DNA from: a virus
Lineage: Duplodnaviria; Caudoviricetes
IMG/VR virus record: IMGVR_UViG_3300037424_001572
Location: 1-31,826 of that record
DNA: 31,826 nt
Reading direction: 5' to 3' (one strand)
Position 1 is the stretch's first letter, and the number at the start of each line of letters is the position of its first letter. Positions 17,489-25,525 of the stretch are shown here, one piece after another. Below the pieces are notes generated by a model that did no database searches, was not told where the DNA came from, and saw only the letters and a list, made by a program, of their open reading frames with translations. Position numbers and translations under genes: made by a program.

Positions 17489-18606
17489 TGAGCGACCAAA
17501 AAACAGTGCTGCGGCAACTGCGCCCACCTTATGCCGGTATTGCGCGGGTGATCTACGGGTTCCAACGGAACGCGCCGCAGAACTTCGGCTACACACTGGC
17601 GATTCCGGTTGGGGCGGAAATCGTCGCCCCCGGTGACGGCACCGTAGACCTGGTACGTGTCCTCCCGGTGCGCTGGCGCTATACCCAGGCCCCGCTAAAG
17701 GGTGGCTCCACCGTGATCCGCATCGACCACGGCTACGGCGTCAAAACCTGGCTTCACGGCTTCGGGACGACACGGCCCAGCCTGGGCCGCGTTACGCGGG
17801 GCACCGTCCTTGGCACGTGTGCCCATGGAGAGATGTTCCTGGCGATCGAGATTTACGGATCGATGGCCAACCCTGGGAGGGTCAACACCTTTTTCGCGCC
17901 ACGTAACGGCTTTCTCTTCAGCGGCCAGGCGACGGCCTTGCGTCCTGCTCCGAACGTCGCCACCCAGTTCGTCAGCACGCTTGCCCAGTTGATCCAGAGC
18001 GGCATTCGCTACTTCAGCCCGCAGACATTCCTGGTGAACGTCGACTTCAACGGTGATGGCACCAAGGTCGGTGCTGCGGCGGCTGGCGTGGGCACAGACG
18101 ACGTGTGGAACGTGGCCGCCCCTCTAGCCTCCGCCTTCCAACAGACGGCCTACAACTACTACTGCGGCCCGTTATCCTACAACTACAACGTCAACCCGAC
18201 CGTCGATCTGCGGGACTATCGCGGCAAGGCCTCCTCGGTGAAACTGCGCCGGGTGGCTGAGGACTCGTTTTACGGATCGTCGTCCGAGTTTGACCCGATG
18301 CTCTCGACGTACATCGGCGGGTACAGCGGCATGACGCCTCGGGAGACCACCTTCGACATCCGTGGTCTTCCACCAGGGCCGGTCACGGTCTACGCGTACG
18401 CCAACCAGGAATCCGGCGGCAACGCCACGACCTTCTCGCTGTCGGTCAACGGTGGCAGCCCCCAGGTGCTGGTGAACCTCACCACCGCCACCGATGGCTG
18501 GGTCGAGAACTACAACTACGTGAAGTTCCAGACCACGCTCGGTGTCAACAGCTACCTGACGCTCCAGGCGCTGGGATTCATTTCCGGGCTCCAGATCACT
18601 CGGTAG
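17488..18606 (+). CDS. Degenerate M23 peptidase-like domain plus beta-sandwich (possible carbohydrate-binding) domain
   Basis: 'IPVGAEIVAPGDGTV...IRIDHGYGVKT...VTRGTVLG' M23 scaffold without HxxxD/HxH; C-terminal 'FDIRGLPPGPVTVYAY...ENYNYVKF'. Confidence 0.6.
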   Translation: MSDQKTVLRQLRPPYAGIARVIYGFQRNAPQNFGYTLAIPVGAEIVAPGDGTVDLVRVLPVRWRYTQAPLKGGSTVIRIDHGYGVKTWLHGFGTTRPSLGRVTRGTVLGTCAHGEMFLAIEIYGSMANPGRVNTFFAPRNGFLFSGQATALRPAPNVATQFVSTLAQLIQSGIRYFSPQTFLVNVDFNGDGTKVGAAAAGVGTDDVWNVAAPLASAFQQTAYNYYCGPLSYNYNVNPTVDLRDYRGKASSVKLRRVAEDSFYGSSSEFDPMLSTYIGGYSGMTPRETTFDIRGLPPGPVTVYAYANQESGGNATTFSLSVNGGSPQVLVNLTTATDGWVENYNYVKFQTTLGVNSYLTLQALGFISGLQITR

Positions 18607-18621
18607 CCGTTCTAGGAGGGT

Positions 18622-19161
18622 GTGCAGGGCACCTGGCCTCATTTTCCGGTAGTCTCCGGCCTCATGACCGTGGTCCGGCCCGACCGGCTGGCTTACGCCA
18701 AGCTGGCCGCGATCCGTTATTTTCGCCAGGACTGGCCACAGAAGCACCTGGTCATCTTCAACGCCACTGGCGAGCGCGTCGGGGTGCCGCACAAGCAGTG
18801 GCTCTTGGAAATCATGCTCCGGCCCATGCCATGGCACCAGATGATCGCCCTGTGCCGCCACAACGCCAACGGCCAGTACTGCACCGTTCTCTACGACGAC
18901 ACCTGGTATGGCGACCACTACCTCAGCACGCTGATGGAGTGCGCCGATCAGGAAACCCTGGTGCTGCTCAAGCGCAAGCTCCGGTACTCAGTGACGGAGC
19001 AGAAGGGCTACATTGTCGACGACGACCGGATCGCCTGCCCACTGTTCCCACGGCTCCACCCCGCGCAGCTCGGCGCTCACTTCAGCGACTTCGCCACGCA
19101 GTTCCACCAGGTTTGCCACGCGGACGGCCCGCTGGACTGCGCTGTCAAGTTCACCCAATGA
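18622..19161 (+). CDS. GT-A (GT2-like) glycosyltransferase, short
   Basis: 'PVVSGLMT...R...AIRYFRQDWPQKHLVIFN...ANGQY..LYDDTWY' matches the GT2 N-terminal pattern with an acidic motif; AGGAGG upstream. Confidence 0.6.
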   Translation: MQGTWPHFPVVSGLMTVVRPDRLAYAKLAAIRYFRQDWPQKHLVIFNATGERVGVPHKQWLLEIMLRPMPWHQMIALCRHNANGQYCTVLYDDTWYGDHYLSTLMECADQETLVLLKRKLRYSVTEQKGYIVDDDRIACPLFPRLHPAQLGAHFSDFATQFHQVCHADGPLDCAVKFTQ

Positions 19162-20882
19162 TCGAGAGCGCGCTCCAACTGTTCAGCAGCGTGAAGGGAT
19201 TTGGCCCTGACCGGTTCGACCCCTTCGCCGGGGATCGCGGCGTGAAGGTGTTCGACCGGAATTCAGCGCGCCGCTTTTACCACAGCGGGGACATCGGGGA
19301 CATCATCTACAGCCTGCCCACCGTGCGCGTGATGGGAGGCGGAATCTTGCTGCTGGGGCCTGAGATGAGGCAGGACGTGCAGGTCAGCGTGCGCAAGACG
19401 ATGACCCGGCAAACAGTGGAGTGGCTCAGGCCCTTGCTGGAGTTGCAGGCTTACGTTCGTGGCGTCGAGTGGGCTCAGCACGTGGTGGACGTGGATGTCG
19501 ACCTCAATAAGTTCCGCGAGGAGCTGGTCTTGGACAGCGCCAGCTTCCGGCGCACTGGCAGGCTGGCAAATCTTGCCGAGAGCCACCTGAAACGGTTCCG
19601 GCTCGATCTCGCCGAGTGCCAGAGGCCTTGGCTGATTGTCGACCAGGTGGACAAAACCGAAGGTAAAGCCGTGGTGATCCACCGATCGCCCAGGTGGCGC
19701 AATAACGACTTCCCATGGGACCAAGTTTTGCGCAAATATGCCAGCAGGATTCAATTCGTTGGGCTGCAAGAGGAGCACGCTGCCTTCTGCAAGGCCTTCG
19801 GGGAGGTCGACTACCGGCCCGTAAAAGACGCCCTGGAGATGGCCAGGGTCATCGCGGGCTGTGAATTGTTTGTGGGCAATCAAAGCTTCCCCTACTCGCT
19901 TGCTGAGGGCATGAAGAAGACCAGCCTGCTTGAGGTATGGCCCGACGGCCCCAACTGCCTTTTTGCCAGGCCCAACGGCTACTATGGGCTCGGCAAGACC
20001 GTGTACATCCCAAGCCTGAAGCCGACCATGAACATCGAAAAACTCAAGGGCTGTCCTCTCTGCGGCAGCGCTAACGCTACAGCCTGCCGCAACGGGGCCG
20101 ACATCGTCCGCTGCGACGCTTGCGACATCGTTTACCTGCGCACCAGGATGGACGCTGACAGCATGTACGAGCACTACCAGAGGTACGCCGACGGTGACTC
20201 CCACATGCGACTGCCGCAGACCATTGACGAGGTTCGGACAAGCGGCTTGCGCAGGGACTACTTCCTGACCCAGATCATGGAGCACGGCGAAGGAATCTCC
20301 GCCGTGCTGGACATCGGGAGTGGATGGGGCGCTTGGCTGGCAAACGCCCGCAACAAGGGCTTTTCAACGACAGGGGTCGAGATTTGTCACAAGATGGCTG
20401 ACTTCGCCAACAGCGTTCTTGGAATCGAAACCCACACAAGCCAGTTCGAGGGACTGGGATTTGTGGATCATGCGTTCGACTTGGTGACCTGCCTGCACAG
20501 TCTTGAGCACTTGCCAAATCCGGCTACGGCTTGGCCGGAGATTGCGCGCATCCTGCGCCCAGGCGGGCTCTTCTGCGGGATGGTCCCGAATTTTGGCTCC
20601 TTCTGCTCCACAGAGTTGAAGGAGAAGTGGCCTTGGCTGGACCCGAATATGCACTACGTCCACTACGCGGTGGACACGCTCAGGGCGCTCCTGGCCAAGC
20701 ACGGATTCACCGTCTTGAATCTGGAGACCGCCGTCGGGGACTTTGATCGTGCGCTGCTGGGAAGAACGATTCAAAGCAAGCACCAGGTGCCGCTTGGTGA
20801 GGAGGAGATGCAAGAGTTTGTGGAGAGCATCTGCAAACGCGGCGAAGGCGAAGAGATCCGTTGGGTTGCTCGCAAACAATGA
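19158..20882 (+). CDS. GT9-like glycosyltransferase fused to class I SAM methyltransferase
   Basis: Start reassigned to ATG 19158 (ATGA overlap). 'HSGDIGDIIYSLP', 'IAGCELFVGNQS' (GT9-like); 'CPLCGS', 'VLDIGSGWG', 'FDLVTCLHSLEHLPNP', 'LRPGG' (methyltransferase). Confidence 0.8.
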   Translation: MIESALQLFSSVKGFGPDRFDPFAGDRGVKVFDRNSARRFYHSGDIGDIIYSLPTVRVMGGGILLLGPEMRQDVQVSVRKTMTRQTVEWLRPLLELQAYVRGVEWAQHVVDVDVDLNKFREELVLDSASFRRTGRLANLAESHLKRFRLDLAECQRPWLIVDQVDKTEGKAVVIHRSPRWRNNDFPWDQVLRKYASRIQFVGLQEEHAAFCKAFGEVDYRPVKDALEMARVIAGCELFVGNQSFPYSLAEGMKKTSLLEVWPDGPNCLFARPNGYYGLGKTVYIPSLKPTMNIEKLKGCPLCGSANATACRNGADIVRCDACDIVYLRTRMDADSMYEHYQRYADGDSHMRLPQTIDEVRTSGLRRDYFLTQIMEHGEGISAVLDIGSGWGAWLANARNKGFSTTGVEICHKMADFANSVLGIETHTSQFEGLGFVDHAFDLVTCLHSLEHLPNPATAWPEIARILRPGGLFCGMVPNFGSFCSTELKEKWPWLDPNMHYVHYAVDTLRALLAKHGFTVLNLETAVGDFDRALLGRTIQSKHQVPLGEEEMQEFVESICKRGEGEEIRWVARKQ

Positions 20883-21736
20883 AAAATGTCGCCGTAATGA
20901 TTCCGTGCTACCGCAGGCCCGAATTTCTTCAGCGGTGCGTCGCTGCCGTCGCCGAAATGCCGGAGGTAAGGCAAGGTGTGCCGGTACTCCTGCTGGCCGA
21001 CGGTGGCCCTGAGTCTGCGCAAGATCAGTGCGTTAAGACCTTCTTGTCAGCGCAAATCCCGAATTGCTCTGTGGTTCGCCGAGAGCGCAGGTTTCGACAG
21101 CCGCAAAACATAATCCTGGGAAAGCGTGATTTGTTTGACGGCGGGTACAATTACGTGGCGCTCATCGAGGAGGACGTTGTAGTCCACAAATACTGGCTCA
21201 GCCTCATGCTGGCTATCCACGCGTGGGCTAATAGCCACTGCGGTGACTGTGGCATCGTGGGCAGCAGCATCGTCGACAACACCGACGTGCAAGACTGGGT
21301 TTCAGACGGCGGCCACTCACTCTGCAACCATCTGGTGTCCAAGCAGGCTTGGGGGCGCATGTGGCCTCTGCTTCAGGACTATCTTGAGGTAGCCCCAACG
21401 ACTGAGGATCTGAACGACCCAAGAGTCATCCATGCTCAGCGTTGGATAAACGAACAGGCAGCGAGCATCGAAGAAGGCAAAGCTCAAATACCGCATCACT
21501 GGTGTGGCAGTCCGAAGGCTTTTTACAGCTCAAGAGCTGTCCCGGCAAGCCAGGACGCCGCGCACGACGTGGTGCTCCGGGTCAATGGAATGTCCCGCCT
21601 GGCCTGTGATGCCAATAGAGCCATCCACATCGGCTGCTACGGGGAGCACACAACAGATGCGCTGCTCTACGACAAGACGCTCAAAGGCTGGGATGCTGAC
21701 GCCTGCCGATCCTCTTTCAGGCTGAGACCAAGATGA
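20879..21736 (+). CDS. GT-A glycosyltransferase
   Basis: 'IPCYRRPEFLQRCV', 'LLADGG', 'LIEEDVVV', 'HIG..GEH'; ATGA overlap. Confidence 0.75.
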   Translation: MKNVAVMIPCYRRPEFLQRCVAAVAEMPEVRQGVPVLLLADGGPESAQDQCVKTFLSAQIPNCSVVRRERRFRQPQNIILGKRDLFDGGYNYVALIEEDVVVHKYWLSLMLAIHAWANSHCGDCGIVGSSIVDNTDVQDWVSDGGHSLCNHLVSKQAWGRMWPLLQDYLEVAPTTEDLNDPRVIHAQRWINEQAASIEEGKAQIPHHWCGSPKAFYSSRAVPASQDAAHDVVLRVNGMSRLACDANRAIHIGCYGEHTTDALLYDKTLKGWDADACRSSFRLRPR

Positions 21737-22218
21737 AAAGCACAGGCACGCATATTCCGTTTACGGTTTGGGCCGCAAGCCTATTCCCGCATCTACCCAT
21801 AGCTGAGCTGGGAATGGGCCAGTACAGCACGCCTTTGCTCAACGCCTTTGCAAGAGCGGGCCGCCGTGTCTTCAGCTACGAGACTCATCAAGATTGGCTC
21901 AAGGTGTTTTTGCCGCTGCTTCACCCAAACCATCAGATGCTACTGGTACTAAACGGCTGGGAAAATGTGTCGCTGGACAAAGACTGGGGAATGGTCTTGG
22001 TAGACCAGGAGCCAGCCGAAGCACGAGTTCCTGTCATTCGCAGGCTGGCGCATCAAGCTAAGGTCTTAGTGATCCACGACACCCAGGACCAAGGGTACGC
22101 TTACGCCAATATCTGGCCGCTTTTCAAGTACCGGGCAGATTACACATTTTGGCCAACGACAACCGCCGTCGTGAGCAACTCGTATGACGTTGGTGCCTGG
22201 AATGGGCCAAACCTATGA
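21733..22218 (+). CDS. Small class I SAM methyltransferase-like protein
   Basis: 'ELGMGQYSTPLL...FSYET...VLVDQ...LVIHDT'. Confidence 0.65.
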   Translation: MKSTGTHIPFTVWAASLFPHLPIAELGMGQYSTPLLNAFARAGRRVFSYETHQDWLKVFLPLLHPNHQMLLVLNGWENVSLDKDWGMVLVDQEPAEARVPVIRRLAHQAKVLVIHDTQDQGYAYANIWPLFKYRADYTFWPTTTAVVSNSYDVGAWNGPNL

Positions 22219-23117
22219 AGCTTGAGAGAATTCCTACGGATCGGCTGGTCGAGCCCGCGATCTGCCACACGCACCCCTGCATCATTCAGTCGGCCACGAC
22301 AGGCTACCGCTACTGTGCCTACCGAGTGGAGCGCGCCCCGCTCAATCAGCGCTCGTGGACGTGGATTTGTTCGTGTGACGAGTACTGGCACCCACTGAAT
22401 GGTGGCGTAACGGTCAAGGTCGAGGTCGACAGGAACCGAGAGAGATTACGGATCGCGGAGGATTGCCGCCTCTTCCACTTCGATCGGTCGATCTGGCTGT
22501 CGGTGACCAATCGGGAGCACATCTACTTGGCGCGCACTTTCGAGGTCGGTGGTCGACTGGTGACCGATTCCGAAGATTCGGACATCCTAGCCTTCCCCTT
22601 TGAGGTCGGAGCCGTGGAGAAAAACTGGACCTTCTTCGAGCACGCTGGTGAGCTGTACGGCATCCGCTGGGTTCACCAGCACACGGTCCACAAGATCGAT
22701 GTCAACGAGCACGGCGGGGGCCACGCCGTCTGGCCAGCGGAGGCTACGAACTGGCATCTCGCCTGGCTGTTCGGCAGGCCCAGTGGTGGCACCTGCCCAA
22801 TTCTGGTCGGAGATCACTACCTGTCCGTCTTCCATTCCAGCTGCCAGACGGACACGCATGCCACTGGCAAAACCTATTTCGCTGGGGTCTACATGTTCGA
22901 GGCCAAACCGCCGTTCAGAGTCACCCACGGCCCGTCAAAACCGCTGCTGGATGCCACGACAAGGGTGCCGGGGTTCAACGGCCACAAGGTGGTGTTCCCG
23001 CTGGGGATCGTCCGAAGCAGCCAAGGCCAGTGGGACGTGAGTTTCGGCGACGACAGCGCTATGTACGTCGCATCTTACACGATCGATGAACTCCTTGACC
23101 ACACCAAAGCTCTTTGA
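22215..23117 (+). CDS. Five-bladed beta-propeller glycoside hydrolase/phosphorylase-like protein
   Basis: 'AEDCRLF', 'EKNWTFF', 'SGGT', 'VFHS', 'PPFRV', 'VVFPLG', 'VSFG' motifs typical of GH130-like/beta-mannosyltransferase-like propellers. Confidence 0.65.
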   Translation: MKLERIPTDRLVEPAICHTHPCIIQSATTGYRYCAYRVERAPLNQRSWTWICSCDEYWHPLNGGVTVKVEVDRNRERLRIAEDCRLFHFDRSIWLSVTNREHIYLARTFEVGGRLVTDSEDSDILAFPFEVGAVEKNWTFFEHAGELYGIRWVHQHTVHKIDVNEHGGGHAVWPAEATNWHLAWLFGRPSGGTCPILVGDHYLSVFHSSCQTDTHATGKTYFAGVYMFEAKPPFRVTHGPSKPLLDATTRVPGFNGHKVVFPLGIVRSSQGQWDVSFGDDSAMYVASYTIDELLDHTKAL

Positions 23118-23748
23118 GCTGATGCAGGACACGATAGGGATGCTGTGCTTCCCGCGTGCCGTCAACATCGCCCACTGGGTCTTCCAGACGGCGCACACCC
23201 CAGGCGTTGTGGCCGAGTTTGGCTGCAACGCGGGCCGCACGGCGACCTTCCTGTCGGCCTTGACCAGCAAACCGGTGTGGCTCTACGACAGTTTTGACGG
23301 GCTCCCACAGCCCAGCAAGCACGATCCGCAGGGGGACCCGGTATTCAAAGCGGGGGCTATGGCCGTTGATCCGGAAGAGGTCATGGAGCGCTTCGTGCGG
23401 CATGGCCTGCCTGCGCCCAAGATCGTACGGGGGTTCTTTGACCAGCTGGAGCCGGAGCACCTGCCCGAGGCCATCGCCTTCGCCCACCTGGACGGAGACT
23501 TCTACCACAGCATAATGGCCTCCCTCGTGCTCGCCTACCTGGCTCTGAGCCCAGGGGGTGCGATCATCGTGGATGACTGGAAGTGGGACAGACTGCCAGG
23601 TGTCGAGCTGGCGGTCACGAAGTTCTGCGAGGCGGAGTACATCCAGCCAGAGACGCTCTACGGGCTGGACGGCGAGACTTGCCACCAGGCGCTGATCCGC
23701 AAGCCTAGTTCGGCACCGGCAACGCGCCGAGCTGCACAGGTACCGTAG
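23086..23748 (+). CDS. TylF/MycF/NovP-family sugar O-methyltransferase
   Basis: 'GVVAEFGCNAG', 'YDSFDGLP', 'GFFDQ', 'AFAHLDGDFYHS', 'LSPGGAIIVDDW'. Exact start uncertain (possibly ATG 23122). Confidence 0.88.
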   Translation: MNSLTTPKLFELMQDTIGMLCFPRAVNIAHWVFQTAHTPGVVAEFGCNAGRTATFLSALTSKPVWLYDSFDGLPQPSKHDPQGDPVFKAGAMAVDPEEVMERFVRHGLPAPKIVRGFFDQLEPEHLPEAIAFAHLDGDFYHSIMASLVLAYLALSPGGAIIVDDWKWDRLPGVELAVTKFCEAEYIQPETLYGLDGETCHQALIRKPSSAPATRRAAQVP

Positions 23749-23893
23749 CTGCTGGCGCAGCCTCTTTCAGATGCTCCATCACACCCAGGCTGACATCCAT
23801 CGTGTGATCCTGCACCCTGGGCGCAGAGGACTCCTGGAGATTCTTTTGCGGCTCGAACTCTTTGGTCAAAGCGATGCTGTCGTATAGTTCCAT
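23705..23893 (-). CDS. Small hypothetical protein
   Basis: 62 aa filling the gap; minus-strand TAGTTA 6 nt before the ATG. Confidence 0.5.
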   Translation of the reverse strand: MELYDSIALTKEFEPQKNLQESSAPRVQDHTMDVSLGVMEHLKEAAPAATVPVQLGALPVPN

Positions 23894-23907
23894 CGTTCTT
23901 AACTACT
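23894..23907. promoter_or_regulatory. 14-bp bidirectional element CGTTCTTAACTACT
   Basis: CGTTCT (23894-23899, plus) is 8 nt before ATG 23908; TAGTTA (23905-23900, minus) is 6 nt before ATG 23893. Confidence 0.6.
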
Positions 23908-24987
23908 ATGACCGGGGCGCTGCTTAGACAAGTCGTACACGAACTCTTTGAAGTGCTGCCCAAAAGCACCAACGATGAGCTGTGCTTTCTGTGCCCTCAG
24001 CCGGGCTGTTCGGACAAATCAGGTCACCGATCCGTAAACGTCAACTCGGGCAAGACCTACTGCTTCATCTGCAATATCGGCGGCGATTTCGTCAAGTGGG
24101 CTCGTCGCTTGGGACACGAGATTGACGACACAAAGATACCGACCAAGGAGCTGGATCAGATCGACATCAGCGTCGACAGGATCAGAACCGACGACATGCC
24201 GATCGTGGCGGACATCGCGCTCCCCAAAGGCTTCCGGCTGTGCAGCGCTCATCCGCGCAGCGTGTACACGGAGCTGATCGCCGAGATGGCGGAGCGCAAG
24301 GGGCTAGCCATCGACGACCTGCTGGACGTAAACGTTGGGTTCACCAAGGACAGCCCCAGGTGGGAGCCTTACGCCATTTTCCCGAGCTACGAGTACGGGC
24401 GGGTGGTCTACTACCAGGGCCGGACTTACGTCGACGGCGAGGGTGGCACCAAGAAGTTTCCAAGCCGGGCTGAGGTTCCTTACGGCATGAAGTACTGGGT
24501 CTATGGCATCGATGAGGCTAGGGAAGCCAAAATCGTCGTGGTGGTTGAGTCGATCTTGAACGTGCTCAGCCTGCGGAAAGAGTTTCGTAAACGCCGAATG
24601 AAGGATTTCGAGGCCGTCTGTGTTTTTCGGCACGGGCTGTCCGCTTACCAGTCCAAGAAGATTCGCCAGCTGCCCAGCGTCAAGGAGGCAGTCCTGTTGT
24701 TCGACCACGACGCCACGCGCAGGACGTGGGAAAAGGTGCCCTCGATGCTCAACCACATCAAACTGAGCGTTGCCCCCATGCCAGCCGGGCCAGGCGGCGA
24801 CAAGAACGACCCCAACGATGATCCGGAGGGTGCGCTGTGGGCTATCGAGAACCGTTCATCGGCCAGCTTTTCCCATCAACTCGACAACGCACTTGACGGG
24901 CTCGCGTTAACGCTCATGTCCCGTTCTAAGGGGCATGAAGCAGATCAAGCAGCTGTTCGGGAACCGCATCGCCGTCCAAATCACTGA
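23908..24987 (+). CDS. DNA primase (zinc-binding + TOPRIM)
   Basis: 'CPQPGC...YCFICNIGG' zinc domain, 'VVYYQGRT', 'IVVVESILN', 'LLFDHD', 'NDPND'. Confidence 0.85.
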   Translation: MTGALLRQVVHELFEVLPKSTNDELCFLCPQPGCSDKSGHRSVNVNSGKTYCFICNIGGDFVKWARRLGHEIDDTKIPTKELDQIDISVDRIRTDDMPIVADIALPKGFRLCSAHPRSVYTELIAEMAERKGLAIDDLLDVNVGFTKDSPRWEPYAIFPSYEYGRVVYYQGRTYVDGEGGTKKFPSRAEVPYGMKYWVYGIDEAREAKIVVVVESILNVLSLRKEFRKRRMKDFEAVCVFRHGLSAYQSKKIRQLPSVKEAVLLFDHDATRRTWEKVPSMLNHIKLSVAPMPAGPGGDKNDPNDDPEGALWAIENRSSASFSHQLDNALDGLALTLMSRSKGHEADQAAVREPHRRPNH

Positions 24988-25522
24988 GGAGGAATACGAA
25001 GGCCTGATTGTTGCCGCGCCGACGGCAATGAGGATGCACGTTTGCGCGCACGTGGTGGCCGTCGGGCCTGAAGTTAAGGGCATCTCCACCGGCGACATCG
25101 TCTTCTACCAAAAGATCATCCATCCGTTCGGCAATACGCAGCAGGACCCGTTCGGCGATCCAAAGCGCTACAACCTCAACGGCGTGCCGACCCACATTGA
25201 GCTGGCCGGGGACATGATCGCCAAGCTCTCCTCCCGCAAGGTGAAGCTGGAGAACTTCACCATGATCGGTGACTGGTTCCTGTGCCGCAGGGAAATCGTC
25301 AGGCCCAGCAACCTCATCATCGTCCCGGACAGCGCGGAGGCCGCCAACCAGGACATCATGGTGCAGTTCCTTGTGGAACAAGTCGGTGACGGGGTGGTCG
25401 AGGTCTTTCCGAAGGGAACCGAGCTGATTATTGACCGTGGCAGGGCCAATCCGCTGCGCATCGAGACGACCGATTTCGTCTACATCCACAAGAACTTCGT
25501 GATGGGCGTCTTGGGTAGTTAG
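24935..25522 (+). CDS. Tandem two-domain GroES-like co-chaperonin
   Basis: Domain 1 'IKQLFGNRIAV...GLIV...VVAVGPEVKGISTGDIVFY'; domain 2 'FTMIGDWFLC...LIIVPDSA...VEQVGDGV...KGTELII...IHKNFVMGVL'. Confidence 0.7.
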   Translation: MKQIKQLFGNRIAVQITEEEYEGLIVAAPTAMRMHVCAHVVAVGPEVKGISTGDIVFYQKIIHPFGNTQQDPFGDPKRYNLNGVPTHIELAGDMIAKLSSRKVKLENFTMIGDWFLCRREIVRPSNLIIVPDSAEAANQDIMVQFLVEQVGDGVVEVFPKGTELIIDRGRANPLRIETTDFVYIHKNFVMGVLGS

Positions 25523-25525
25523 GGC

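Noticed and set aside
18798-19157. 120-aa N-terminal extension of the GT9-like ORF
   Set aside because: Overlaps the GT2-like gene in another frame and has shadow-like Arg/Pro composition; ATGA coupling supports 19158.
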